From: Clostridia bacterium | GTDB taxonomy: Bacteria; Bacillota; Clostridia; Oscillospirales; QAKW01 | DNA: 64,000 nucleotides | Reading direction: 5' to 3' | Assembly: GCA_017436525.1 (NCBI GenBank) | Contig: JAFSCX010000004.1 | Location: forward strand, 4,788-68,787 | Shown here: positions 9,463-19,214 of the stretch, piece by piece | Layout of the letters: each line of letters starts with the position of its first letter | How positions within the stretch are numbered: the first letter of the stretch is position 1 | Notes under the pieces: model-generated | Told to the model about the DNA's origin: nothing | What the model saw: only the letters and a program-made list of their open reading frames with translations | The model's database searches: none | Position numbers and translations under genes: made by a program

Positions 9463-10737
9463 ATGCGAAGAAATATTTTCATATCTTTCATATTAATCGC
9501 CGCATTGCTTTTGGGCGGCTGCTCCTTCGGCGGGGATCTGAGCGCCATGCTCACCCCGCCTGCCATGAGCGTGGGGCAGGAAGCTCTCACCGGCGCCATT
9601 CGTGCCGCCATCGGGGAGAGCTATGAGCTGGTTTATCCCCAGGCCGGCCCGTATCGTACCGGCATTATTTCGGTGGATCTGACCGGCGATGAAAGAAACG
9701 AAGCGGTCTGCTTCTATCGTGCTTTATCTAAAGGCGCAAAGCTTCGCTTTTTGGTAATGGAAAATCAAGGGGAAAGCTGGAGCGTATTGGCGCGGGGCGA
9801 AAGTGAGGCTTCTTCGGTAGGAAGAGTGGCCTTCGGAGATATTGATGGCCGCGGCGCTGCCGAGCTGATTGTGGGCTGGCAGTATCTTACCGAGGCCGAT
9901 GGAAGCTTTGATATTTATACCTTAGAAGATGGATCGGCCGTCAGCTGCCATACCGGCCTTTACAGCCGCTTTGTGGTGCTGGAGGGGAATCCGGGCGCAT
10001 TGGTGGTGATCAGCCGCAATGCGGAGAGCCGCGCTGTTACAGCCTCTTTGATCGGAAAGCAGCAAGGCGGAATCGGCGTGGTCAATACCGTAGCCATGAA
10101 CGATCGGGCTGTGGATTATCTGGCAGTGGAGGCCGGGCGGATTAAGGGCGATCTGCCTGCTGTATTTGTAGATGAGCAGCTGGAAGGCGGCCAAAGCGCG
10201 ACAGAGGTATTGGTCATCAATGAGCAGGGTCGCCTTGCCAATGAGCTGATCAATCAGGTGAATATGAGCACGCTGCGTTATACGGCGGTTACCTGCAGAG
10301 ATGTCAATCATGATGAGCGAGCAGAAGTGCCGACCGAGGTGATGCTGCCTTCTTATATGCGCAACGGCGTTTCGGAAAATCAATATCTGATCCAATGGAA
10401 TTCCTATGATGGGCAGCAGCTTGAGCCTGTATCGCAAGCATTTATTAATGTAACAGAGAATTTCTCCCTTTCTTTTACAAAAGAATGGGAAGGAAAGATT
10501 ACCATAGAGCGGCCGGCAGATCGCGATCGCGCCTATCAGTTTAAGAGCCTGAAAGGGGAGCTTCTTTTCACAGTGCAGGTCTATGGCTTGGCGGAATATT
10601 CCGAAGAGCTGGGGCGCCAAGGCTGGCGAAAGCTTTATACCGATAGCGATCGGGTCTATACGGTCTATTGCGAGGAAGAAAATTCCTTTGGCATTACCTA
10701 TACGCAGATTTACGGTCTGTTTGATGCAATTAGTTGA
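9463..10737 (+). CDS. Lipoprotein of unknown function
   Basis: Signal peptide with lipobox LLLGGC|S. Contains an FG-GAP-like segment FGDIDGRGAAELIVGW. I recognise no enzymatic motif. Confidence 0.6.
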   Translation: MRRNIFISFILIAALLLGGCSFGGDLSAMLTPPAMSVGQEALTGAIRAAIGESYELVYPQAGPYRTGIISVDLTGDERNEAVCFYRALSKGAKLRFLVMENQGESWSVLARGESEASSVGRVAFGDIDGRGAAELIVGWQYLTEADGSFDIYTLEDGSAVSCHTGLYSRFVVLEGNPGALVVISRNAESRAVTASLIGKQQGGIGVVNTVAMNDRAVDYLAVEAGRIKGDLPAVFVDEQLEGGQSATEVLVINEQGRLANELINQVNMSTLRYTAVTCRDVNHDERAEVPTEVMLPSYMRNGVSENQYLIQWNSYDGQQLEPVSQAFINVTENFSLSFTKEWEGKITIERPADRDRAYQFKSLKGELLFTVQVYGLAEYSEELGRQGWRKLYTDSDRVYTVYCEEENSFGITYTQIYGLFDAIS

Positions 10738-10750
10738 AGGGGTTGATAAG

Positions 10751-11452
10751 ATGAAAAAAGTATTGGTTTTGGAAGATGAGGAAGCGATCCGCGGATTTGT
10801 GGTGCTGAATCTGAAAAGAGCGGGATATGAGACCATCGAGGCCTCCACAGGTGAAGATGCTTTAGTCCTTTTCGATCAGAATCCCGATATTGATGTGGCG
10901 GTATTGGATGTCATGCTGCCGGGAATTGATGGCTTGGAGGTCTGCAAGACCATTCGGGCGTCCAATCAAAAGGTGGGTATTATTATGCTCACCGCCAAAT
11001 CGCAGGAAAATGATAAGGTGGCAGGGCTGATGAACGGCGCGGATGATTATGTATCCAAGCCCTTTTCTCCCTTGGAGCTGATTGTGCGGGTGGATAGCCT
11101 GTATCGCAGAGTGCAGCTGATGAAGGGGAATGCGCAGGAGAATAGCGACGAGATTAAAGACGGCCCCTTTATCCTCAATACCAAAAGCCGCCGGCTGGAA
11201 AAGAGCGGAAAAAAGGTAGAGGTTACCCAAGTGGAATTTCAGCTGATGCGTCATTTTTTGGAAAATACGGGGAAAGCATTCTCCCGCGAGGAAATTTTCC
11301 GCAAGGTATGGAGCGATAATTTCGGCGGCGATCGCCATAAAATTGTAGATGTCAATATCCGCAGATTGCGGCTGAAGATCGAGGATGATCCCTCCAACCC
11401 TACGTATATTCAGACTGTATGGGGATTTGGCTATCGGTGGGGAAATGAATAA
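10751..11452 (+). CDS. OmpR-family response regulator
   Basis: Receiver domain (KVLVLEDEEAIRGF...DVMLPGIDGLEVC) plus winged-helix output (VDVNIRRLRLKIE...VWGFGYRW). Start moved to ATG 10751; the upstream part of the track ORF overlaps the lipoprotein gene. Confidence 0.9.
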   Translation: MKKVLVLEDEEAIRGFVVLNLKRAGYETIEASTGEDALVLFDQNPDIDVAVLDVMLPGIDGLEVCKTIRASNQKVGIIMLTAKSQENDKVAGLMNGADDYVSKPFSPLELIVRVDSLYRRVQLMKGNAQENSDEIKDGPFILNTKSRRLEKSGKKVEVTQVEFQLMRHFLENTGKAFSREEIFRKVWSDNFGGDRHKIVDVNIRRLRLKIEDDPSNPTYIQTVWGFGYRWGNE

Positions 11453-12962
11453 GCGTCAATGGCTTGAAAATTTAAGAGAGAAGATCGAATCCCTTAAAGA
11501 GAAGCTGTCGATTTGGGTGGATGTGGTCCGTAAGCATATCTTTACGGGCATCACCCGCCGTTGGCTGATCAATGTCTTCGGCGTTACCCTTTTGGTGGTG
11601 GTGCTGATCTTTACGGTGATGGGCGCGATCATTCAGAATTTCTACTATAATAACTGTATCAGTACCTTAAAAGCCAGCGGAGATTATATGTCTAAGTATT
11701 TTGAGCGGTATATTTACCCCGAATACCGAAGCATCTCGGCAGGGCTGATGGCGATGGTAGAAGATTTTGAGGATAAGAGCATCATGGAGATGCAGGTAGC
11801 CTCCATGAGCGGCAGCATTGCCTATTCCTCCACCGGCTTTGAGATGGATTCCCTTTATGAGACCAATGATCTGCTGCAGGCAAGAGGCGGAAAGACCGCC
11901 CATTGGATCGGAAAATATCAGCCTTCAGGGGAGCAGGTGGTCAGCGTATCAATGCCCCTATATACCGATGATGGAATTCAGGTGGGGACCTTGCGGATGA
12001 TGTCGTCCCTCAAGGCAGTGGACCGCACGCTGATGCATATTAATTGGATGATTGTAGGAATCGGGTTCTTTATTGTCATTCTTACTGCGTTTACCGGCAC
12101 CTATTTTATCAAATCCATTGTATTGCCGGTAGGCTTCATCAATGATACGGCGCTGGAGATTGCAAAGGGCAATATGACCGCGCGGGTAAAATTTGAAGAG
12201 AAAAACGATGAGATCGGCCGCTTGGGGCAGACGATTAATACCATGGCGGAAGAGCTATCTCAAACCGAGCGGCTGAAGAATGAATTCATATCTTCCATCT
12301 CCCATGAGCTGCGTACCCCTCTGACTGCCATCCGCGGCTGGACAGAGACCATGCTGGCAGGGGCCGAGAATATGGATGGGACCACCAAGCGAGGGGTAGA
12401 GATTATCTATAGCGAGACCGAGCGCCTCTCCAAGATGGTGGAGGAGCTTTTGGATATGTCCCGCTTGCAAAACGGAAGCATGAAGCTTTCGGTGGAGCAG
12501 ACGGATCTTTTGGCGGAATTTGAAGAGACGGTCTTCATGATGTGTGAGCGGGCCAAGAGCGAAGATATATTGATCGAATATATTCCGGAGGAGGCAGATA
12601 TTCCCGCCCTTGTGGATAAGGATCGGGTCAAGCAGGTCTTCTTTAATGTCATCGATAATGCGATCAAGCATTCTCATGCAGGCGGCAGAATCGAGATTGC
12701 TGCCCGCGTTGAAGAGCAGAGAGCGCTTTTCATTGTGGAAGACCATGGAGAAGGAATCAGCGCAGAGGATTTGCCTCATATTAAAGATATGTTTTATAAA
12801 GGAAGCTCCCAAAAGCGCGGGAGCGGGATCGGCCTTGGAGTATCGGACGAAATCATGCAGCTCCACGGCGGTTCCTTGGAAATTGAGAGTACCTTAAATG
12901 TTGGCACTGTAGTTACCATCTCCTTCCCCATTGAACCGGAGAAAGAAGAAGCTGCAGACTGA
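11445..12962 (+). CDS. Sensor histidine kinase (two TM helices, extracytoplasmic loop, HAMP, HisKA, HATPase)
   Basis: H-box SHELRTPLTAIRGW, N-box FNVIDNAIKH, G-boxes DHGEGIS and GSGIGLGV. The ATG at 11445 overlaps the response regulator stop (ATGAATAA). Confidence 0.9.
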   Translation: MNKRQWLENLREKIESLKEKLSIWVDVVRKHIFTGITRRWLINVFGVTLLVVVLIFTVMGAIIQNFYYNNCISTLKASGDYMSKYFERYIYPEYRSISAGLMAMVEDFEDKSIMEMQVASMSGSIAYSSTGFEMDSLYETNDLLQARGGKTAHWIGKYQPSGEQVVSVSMPLYTDDGIQVGTLRMMSSLKAVDRTLMHINWMIVGIGFFIVILTAFTGTYFIKSIVLPVGFINDTALEIAKGNMTARVKFEEKNDEIGRLGQTINTMAEELSQTERLKNEFISSISHELRTPLTAIRGWTETMLAGAENMDGTTKRGVEIIYSETERLSKMVEELLDMSRLQNGSMKLSVEQTDLLAEFEETVFMMCERAKSEDILIEYIPEEADIPALVDKDRVKQVFFNVIDNAIKHSHAGGRIEIAARVEEQRALFIVEDHGEGISAEDLPHIKDMFYKGSSQKRGSGIGLGVSDEIMQLHGGSLEIESTLNVGTVVTISFPIEPEKEEAAD

Positions 12963-12981
12963 GTTTTTAGGAGGATGTGCT

Positions 12982-14454
12982 ATGGCAGAATATGCATTGG
13001 GAATCGGTATCGGATTGCTGTTCTATTTTTATACCGTTACCTGTGTCTTTTTCACTGTACGGGTCGCTGCTTTGAAGGGCAGGCGAAAAAGATGGGGCTG
13101 GCTTGCGCTCTTTTTGGGGTTGATCGGCTTTTTGGTTGTATGCTTCCTGCCGAATGGGAAAGGTGTGAGCGGGGAGACCAATCCCGTCAAGGCGGCATTT
13201 CGCCAAATGACAGGCCTCTCTCCCTTGGCTACATGGCTGATTGCGGCAGGCTTGGTGGTGATTGTAGGAGGGGCTCTCATTGGCACTCGTTTGGGGGTCT
13301 ATTTGGAGAATCGCGCCTATGAGAAGGAATTGAGCGAAAAGGAAAGCAACGAAAATGCGTTGGCTCCTGCTTCTGTATACGGAACGGTAGAAAGGATTTT
13401 TGCGGGCAAAGGCCGTAATTATGCCATCACCGATCAAGGAGATCTTTATGGCTGGGGCAATGTGGCCATCACGCCGCTGGATGAGAGCGGCCGCCTTTAT
13501 GAGAAGGTGCAAAAGGTTGCGACAGTAGGGGAGACGACTCTTTTGCTGACAACCGACGGTACGCTCTACGGCAAGGGCAATAATACCAACGGCCTGATTG
13601 CAGGTGCCGAGGAGAAGAATGTAAAAACCTTTACTAAAATTGAGAGCGATGTATTAGATTTTGATCTGGGTGAAACCGCTGCGGCGTTGATTACCAAGCG
13701 GAAGAATCTTTATATCTGGGGTGTGAACACCTATGGTCAGTTGGCAAAGGATGTAGAAAAACGGGCGGAAATCACCGATAAAATTGCATCTGATATCCAA
13801 AAGGTAGAGGTAACCGCCCGCTCGGTCTATTATCTCAATGAGAGCGGCGAGGTTTATGGAGTGGGCAATAATGCCTATGGGCAATTCGGCCTCGGAGATA
13901 AAAAGGTTCGCTACGGAGTGGCGAAGATTGCAAGCAGCTGCAAGGATTTTGCGGCAGGCGAGGATTTTCTGATGCTTCTTAAAAAAGACGGCAGTGTCTG
14001 GACCTGCGGCAATGATGCCTTCGGTCAGCTGGGTCGTAAGACGATGGAAGAGCTGAGCGAGAGCGAGAAAAAAAACCTTGAAAAAGCAAAAGAAAAAGGG
14101 AAAGAAGAAAAAATCCAAATCAAAAAGGCGGCTGAATTCGGGCAGGTAGATCTGCCGGAAGAGGTTTCCAAGGTGGAGGGAGCAGGGCATAGCGCTTTTG
14201 CCTTGATCGGCGGCAATGTCTATGGTTGGGGAGAAAACCAACTGGGGCAGCTGGGCACCGGTTCTAATAAAAATTGCGCCTCTCCGGAATTGGTCTATCG
14301 CAAGGCGGCAGATCTTTCGGCAAGCGGCAGCTGCACTCTGATCCTCTCGGAGGATGGTGCTCTTCTGGGGGCAGGGGATCGCAGAGATCATCAGCTTGGT
14401 GCGCAAAGCGGCCATGGCTTTAAGAGTATTGCTCAGATAAAGGAGGGAGAATGA
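12982..14454 (+). CDS. Membrane-anchored RCC1-repeat (beta-propeller) protein
   Basis: Three predicted N-terminal TM helices, then about 7 RCC1-like blades (LYGWGN, LYGKGNNTNGL, LYIWGVNTYGQL, VYGVGNNAYGQFGLG, VWTCGNDAFGQLG, VYGWGENQLGQLG). A Lys/Glu-rich insert (SESEKKNLEKAKEKGKEEK) is present. ATG 12982 sits behind AGGAGG. Confidence 0.8.
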   Translation: MAEYALGIGIGLLFYFYTVTCVFFTVRVAALKGRRKRWGWLALFLGLIGFLVVCFLPNGKGVSGETNPVKAAFRQMTGLSPLATWLIAAGLVVIVGGALIGTRLGVYLENRAYEKELSEKESNENALAPASVYGTVERIFAGKGRNYAITDQGDLYGWGNVAITPLDESGRLYEKVQKVATVGETTLLLTTDGTLYGKGNNTNGLIAGAEEKNVKTFTKIESDVLDFDLGETAAALITKRKNLYIWGVNTYGQLAKDVEKRAEITDKIASDIQKVEVTARSVYYLNESGEVYGVGNNAYGQFGLGDKKVRYGVAKIASSCKDFAAGEDFLMLLKKDGSVWTCGNDAFGQLGRKTMEELSESEKKNLEKAKEKGKEEKIQIKKAAEFGQVDLPEEVSKVEGAGHSAFALIGGNVYGWGENQLGQLGTGSNKNCASPELVYRKAADLSASGSCTLILSEDGALLGAGDRRDHQLGAQSGHGFKSIAQIKEGE

Positions 14455-15785
14455 TGCTTCGTATTATTTCTGTCGTCGGCTATGTTTTCGGGGCGCTCTT
14501 TGTCCTTCTTTTATTATTGAGCCTTCTGAGAAATACCAAAAAGAAAAGCCTCAAGGTGAGAAAAAAGATCATCAATCGCCGCAAAGTCTATGGCGTGGCG
14601 GCCCTCTTCTTTTTGGTGATCGGGATTGTATTGCAGGTATCTGCAGGGCAGGGGGAGAAAAATCCCAAGGAATTTATCAATGATACGATTCCTGAAGACG
14701 TCTATCAAGCCAATCATTCCTATTCAAGCCTGCCTTCTGAGATTTTTGCGGCGGGAGACGATTATTATATTAAAAATGGAAAGAATCAGATCTTCGGCTA
14801 CCTTGATATCGGCACAGTGGTAGAGACAGAAGACGGTAAAAAGGTGGATTCCTCGTCCTATGAATCGGGCCTTTGCTATACCGACGCTTTGCAGGTAGCA
14901 GGCGGAAAGGATTTTCTGGCGGTGCGCTCCAAGAGCGGCGCGCTGACTCTGATGGGCGCATTTGAATATCTCGCCTATGAAAAGGATACGAGCCATTTTG
15001 AAGGGGAGAAGCGGGCAGAAAAATGCACCTTTTTGGATGCCAACAGTAATAATCTTTTCTATGTGGAAGACGGCACCCTCTACTCGGCAGGTTATAATGC
15101 CTTTGGGGTATTGGGCGATGGTACGGAGCGCAATCGCTTGGAAAGCAGTGCGATTTTAGAGAATGTGGCATCGGTTTCGGTAAGCCCCACCCATGTATTG
15201 GCGGTAGATATTTACGGCAATCTTTATGGATTCGGCGACAACAGCTATTCCGAAATGGGCAACCGCACCACTGCCCAAAGCCCCACGCCCATTAAGCTGA
15301 TGAGCGGGGTGAAGCAAGCGCAGGCCGGAAAATATTTCAGCGTGGTGCTCACGAAAAACGGCGAGGTCTATACAGCCGGCCGCAATCATCTCGGCCAGTT
15401 GGGGACAGAGGACTATCGGGATTATGCCACCTATATGAAGGTGCTGGAGGGTGTGGATAAAATTTCGGTCAAAGGAAATTCCTGCGCAGCCCTCACTGCC
15501 GGCGGTACCCTTTATGTATGGGGGGATAATGCAAAGTATCAGCTGGGCATCAGCGAGCAAAAGGTCAATAAACCCACCAAGGTTTCTGCTGATGTATATG
15601 ATATGGCAATGGGCGAAAACTCCATGGGTGTAATCCTTTTGAATCGGAATGTGGCGGTTACCGGCGTGGCAAGAGAGCAGAAGGATAATGCCTATCTGCG
15701 CACCATCTATGAATTGAATGCGCAGGTCCCCGAGGAGTATTTATATCGCCCCTTGGTCGTCCTGCCTGCTCGGGATGGAGAATAA
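14451..15785 (+). CDS. Second membrane-anchored RCC1-repeat protein
   Basis: Two N-terminal hydrophobic helices, then RCC1-like blades (LYSAGYNAFGVLGDG, LYGFGDNSYSEMG, VYTAGRNHLGQLG, LYVWGDNAKYQLG). ATGATG overlaps the upstream TGA, which suggests translational coupling. Confidence 0.8.
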   Translation: MMLRIISVVGYVFGALFVLLLLLSLLRNTKKKSLKVRKKIINRRKVYGVAALFFLVIGIVLQVSAGQGEKNPKEFINDTIPEDVYQANHSYSSLPSEIFAAGDDYYIKNGKNQIFGYLDIGTVVETEDGKKVDSSSYESGLCYTDALQVAGGKDFLAVRSKSGALTLMGAFEYLAYEKDTSHFEGEKRAEKCTFLDANSNNLFYVEDGTLYSAGYNAFGVLGDGTERNRLESSAILENVASVSVSPTHVLAVDIYGNLYGFGDNSYSEMGNRTTAQSPTPIKLMSGVKQAQAGKYFSVVLTKNGEVYTAGRNHLGQLGTEDYRDYATYMKVLEGVDKISVKGNSCAALTAGGTLYVWGDNAKYQLGISEQKVNKPTKVSADVYDMAMGENSMGVILLNRNVAVTGVAREQKDNAYLRTIYELNAQVPEEYLYRPLVVLPARDGE

Positions 15786-15871
15786 TTTGATTTTTTTGAA
15801 AAAAATACTTGATTTTGGATAATAAGTATGATAATATACTTGGGTAATAAAGCGAAGGAGAGGTGAAAAGC

Positions 15872-16075
15872 ATGAAGGAAGGGATTCATCCCAATTATGA
15901 CAAGGCCGTTGTAAAATGCGCCTGCGGTAACACGTTCGAGACTCGGTCAACCAAGAACGAGATCAAGGTTGAAATTTGTTCCAAGTGTCATCCTTTCTTT
16001 ACAGGCAAACAGAAGCTGGTAGATACCGGCGGCCGTGTTGACAGATTTAAGAAAAGATTTAATCTCGACAAGTAA
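15872..16075 (+). CDS. rpmE: 50S ribosomal protein L31 (type A, Zn-ribbon form)
   Basis: MKEGIHPNY...CACGN...[13 protein letters not shown]...[13 protein letters not shown] 15872 behind AAGGAGAGG is preferred over the track's GTG 15863. Confidence 0.95.
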   Translation: MKEGIHPNYDKAVVKCACGNTFETRSTKNEIKVEICSKCHPFFTGKQKLVDTGGRVDRFKKRFNLDK

Positions 16076-16078
16076 GTT

Positions 16079-16111
16079 AAAAGACCGAAGGTTCTGCCTT
16101 CGGTCTTTTTT
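16079..16111 (+). terminator. Rho-independent terminator after rpmE
   Basis: GACCGAAGG / CCTTCGGTC stem followed by TTTTTT. Confidence 0.85.
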
Positions 16112-16135
16112 ACATAAAAGTACGGAGGAAGAAAA

Positions 16136-16774
16136 ATGATCCATACGATTATATGGGATTTCAACGGCACTGTATTGAACGATCGCGCCTCTTCCACCGA
16201 GGCGGTCAACCGCATGATGGCCCGCCGCGCTTTAGGCTCCATCACCGAGGAATGGTATGCCGCCAATCTCATTATGCCCTTGGAGGCCTTTTATGAGAGC
16301 GTAGGCTTCGATATGAGGATAGAGCGCATTGAGCGTTTGAGCGAAGAATTTCAGCAAGAATGTGCAAAGGTAGAGCGGCCTATTTTCCCCGAAGTCAGAG
16401 CCGCTTTAGAGAAATTGCAAAAGAAGGGCTACCGCCAGCTGCTTTTCTCCTCTTTGCATCAATCCATTTTGGAAAAGCAGGCCCAAGAGCGGGGGATCAG
16501 CGGCTATTTTGAGAAAATCATGGGCCGCTCCGATCGAAGCTTGGGCAGTAAAGAAGCGGCGGCAAAGGCTTATCTGGAAGAGAAGAAAATAGATCCCAAG
16601 TGTGTATTGTTTGTAGGGGATCTGACCACCGATTGGGAGATGGCGGAATATGTGGGCTCGCCCTGCGTGCTGATCCCCAAAGGGCATCAGGATGAAAAGC
16701 GCCTTTCTTCTACCGGCGCTTATATATTAAAAGATGCATCGGCGCTTTTGGCATTTCTGGAGGAATTGAAATGA
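16136..16774 (+). CDS. HAD-superfamily hydrolase (phosphoglycolate phosphatase-like)
   Basis: Motif I-like IIWDFNGTVLND, and motif IV-like FVGDLTTDWEMA. Confidence 0.7.
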   Translation: MIHTIIWDFNGTVLNDRASSTEAVNRMMARRALGSITEEWYAANLIMPLEAFYESVGFDMRIERIERLSEEFQQECAKVERPIFPEVRAALEKLQKKGYRQLLFSSLHQSILEKQAQERGISGYFEKIMGRSDRSLGSKEAAAKAYLEEKKIDPKCVLFVGDLTTDWEMAEYVGSPCVLIPKGHQDEKRLSSTGAYILKDASALLAFLEELK

Positions 16775-17406
16775 AGATCGAAGCCATTTTGGAAAATTTC
16801 AAAAAGAATCGTTATGAGCCTTATTATTTGGAGCGCAAGGAAGAGGTGGGCCCTCTTTTGAAAAAGCTTCTTGAAGAAGGCTGCAGCGTCAGCGTGGGCG
16901 GCTCAGAGACCTTGAAGCAGGTAGGCGCCTTGGAATTGCTGAAGGAAGGGCCTTATCAATATCTGGATCGGTATCAAGAGGGCTTGAGCGCTGATGAAAT
17001 CCGAAAGGTCTTTTTGGATGCGCTTTCTGCTGATTTTTATCTCACCTCTGCCAATGCTGTTACCGAGCAGGGGGAGCTTGTCAATGTGGATGGGAATTGC
17101 AATCGGATCGCGGCCATCAGCTTTGGCCCGAAAAATGTAATTGTGGTGGCAGGAATCAATAAGCTGGTGCCGAATGTGGATGCAGGCATCAAGCGAATCA
17201 AGAGGATTGCGGCCCCTCTTAATACAAAGCGCCTCGGCTGCAATACTTATTGCAAAGAAAAAGGCGTCTGTATGGGGGTGGATGGTTCCATGACCGATGG
17301 ATGCCGATCGGAAGGGCGGATTTGTTGCGGCTATCTTATCAGCGGCCCGCAGCGTGTTCCCGGCAGAATCAAATTGATTTTGGTGGGCGAGGAACTTGGT
17401 TATTAA
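16771..17406 (+). CDS. LUD-domain (LutC/YkgG-like, DUF162) protein with a Cys-rich C-terminus
   Basis: SANAVTEQGELVNVDGNCNRIAA is typical of LUD domains. C-terminal CNTYC...C...C...CC cluster. ATGA overlap with the upstream gene. Confidence 0.65.
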   Translation: MKIEAILENFKKNRYEPYYLERKEEVGPLLKKLLEEGCSVSVGGSETLKQVGALELLKEGPYQYLDRYQEGLSADEIRKVFLDALSADFYLTSANAVTEQGELVNVDGNCNRIAAISFGPKNVIVVAGINKLVPNVDAGIKRIKRIAAPLNTKRLGCNTYCKEKGVCMGVDGSMTDGCRSEGRICCGYLISGPQRVPGRIKLILVGEELGY

Positions 17407-17471
17407 GCAAAAATAAGTAATCCGCCTCTTAAAAACAGGTTCGGATTATTCGTGTTTAACGGAGGAAAAGA

Positions 17472-19214
17472 ATGATCAGAAAACTTGCAGGGTGTATTCG
17501 TGAATATAAGCGCGCCTCTATTTTATCGCCTCTCATTGTAATGCTGGAGGTGGTGCTGGAGTGCATCCTTCCTTTTATGACAGCAGAGCTTGTAAATGAA
17601 ATTCAAGGTAATTGCGAAATGCGGGTCCTTTTGAAATATGCATGCCTATTGGTGATCATGGCGGCCCTTTCTCTGACCTGCGGCGCATTGGCGGGGCATT
17701 TTTGCGCCACTGCCGCCTGCGGCTTTGCAAAAAATTTGAGAAAAGATTTATTTTATAATGTGCAGCGGTTTTCTTTCGGAAATATTGATAAATTTTCCAC
17801 TTCCAGCTTGGTTACTCGCTTGACCACCGATGTAGCCAATGTGCAGATGTCTTATATGATGCTGGTTCGCACCGCCTTCCGCGCTCCCTTCATGATGATT
17901 TTCTCCTTTATAATGGCATTTTATATGGGCGGAAAGATGGCATGGGTATTTGTGGTGGTAATGCCGATCTTAGCCTTTGGGCTTTTGATGATCGCAAAAA
18001 AGGCAATGCCCATCTTCCGCAAGGTATTTCGCAAATATGATACCCTGAATAATTCCGTGCAGGAAAATATCCAAGGAATGCGGGTTGTGAAGGCATTTGT
18101 GCGGGAGGAGCAGGAAATCAAAAAATTCGGCGCCGCCAGCGAAGAGGTGGCAGGAGATTTCACCCGCGCCGAAAAATTATTGGCTTTGAATCATCCCTTA
18201 ATGCAATTTTGCCTGAATATTGTCATGCTGGTGGTTATCTTTTTCGGCTCTCAGCTGGTCATCTCCAGCAATAGCACTGCTCTTACCGTCGGCCAGCTTT
18301 CTGCTCTTTTGACCTATGGAATGCAGATTTTGATGAGCCTGATGATGCTTTCCATGATCTTTGTCATGCTTACAATGTCGGCAGAATCTGCCCGCAGAAT
18401 CGTGGAGGTGCTGGAGGAAAAAAGCACTATTCTGAATCCCGAGAATCCCTGCTTTGAAGTAGAGGATGGCAGCATTGAATTCAAAAAGGTCTCCTTTAAG
18501 TATTCCGAAAAAGCGGAGCGGTATGCTCTGCAGGATATTGATCTGAAGATCGAATCGGGCCAGACCATCGGGATCATCGGCGGCACGGGAAGCAGCAAGA
18601 CGACCTTAATTCAGCTGATTTCCCGCCTATATGATGTAAGCGAAGGCGCCGTATGGGTAGGGGGCAAGGATGTAAGAGAATATGATCTTGATTCCTTGCG
18701 TAACCAAGTGGCGGTTGTGCTGCAAAAGAATGTGCTATTTGCAGGCACCATCAAGGAAAATCTGCGCTGGGGCGATCTTCATGCCACCGATGAAGAATTG
18801 GTTGAAGCATGTAAGCTTGCTTGCGCTCATGATTTTATCATGCAATTTCCCGATGGGTATGATACCCATATCGATCAAGGCGGCACCAATGTTTCGGGCG
18901 GGCAAAAGCAGCGCCTTTGCATTGCGAGAGCGCTTTTGAAGAAGCCTAAAATCTTGATCTTGGATGATTCCACCAGCGCGGTGGATACCCATACCGATGC
19001 AGTAATCCGCAAGGCCTTCCGCGAGGTCATCCCCGGGACAACAAAGTTGATTATCGCGCAGCGGATCTCCTCGGTGGAGGAGGCGGATCGGATCGTTGTC
19101 ATGAACGGCGGAAGAATTGATGATATCGGCACCCATCAAGAGCTTCTTTCCCGCAATGAGATCTATCAAGAGGTTTATACCTCTCAAACCAAAGGGGGCG
19201 AAGAAAATGAGTAA
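17472..19214 (+). CDS. ABC exporter, fused permease/ATPase (half of a heterodimeric multidrug/lipid-type pair)
   Basis: Six-TM N-terminal domain. Walker A GGTGSSKTT, signature VSGGQKQRLCIARA, Walker B ILILDDSTSAVD. Confidence 0.9.
   Translation: MIRKLAGCIREYKRASILSPLIVMLEVVLECILPFMTAELVNEIQGNCEMRVLLKYACLLVIMAALSLTCGALAGHFCATAACGFAKNLRKDLFYNVQRFSFGNIDKFSTSSLVTRLTTDVANVQMSYMMLVRTAFRAPFMMIFSFIMAFYMGGKMAWVFVVVMPILAFGLLMIAKKAMPIFRKVFRKYDTLNNSVQENIQGMRVVKAFVREEQEIKKFGAASEEVAGDFTRAEKLLALNHPLMQFCLNIVMLVVIFFGSQLVISSNSTALTVGQLSALLTYGMQILMSLMMLSMIFVMLTMSAESARRIVEVLEEKSTILNPENPCFEVEDGSIEFKKVSFKYSEKAERYALQDIDLKIESGQTIGIIGGTGSSKTTLIQLISRLYDVSEGAVWVGGKDVREYDLDSLRNQVAVVLQKNVLFAGTIKENLRWGDLHATDEELVEACKLACAHDFIMQFPDGYDTHIDQGGTNVSGGQKQRLCIARALLKKPKILILDDSTSAVDTHTDAVIRKAFREVIPGTTKLIIAQRISSVEEADRIVVMNGGRIDDIGTHQELLSRNEIYQEVYTSQTKGGEENE

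Noticed and set aside
10583-10750. N-terminal extensions offered by the ORF track for several genes: response regulator 10583, histidine kinase 11385, RCC1 12931, ABC 19117, dapA 29887, TIM-barrel 44267, rpsB 59450, GT2 5479 and AI-2E 43985.
   Set aside because: The extensions overlap the preceding gene or a terminator or riboswitch. They lack an RBS and are absent from the conserved N-termini of the families. Internal starts with good Shine-Dalgarno spacing were used instead.
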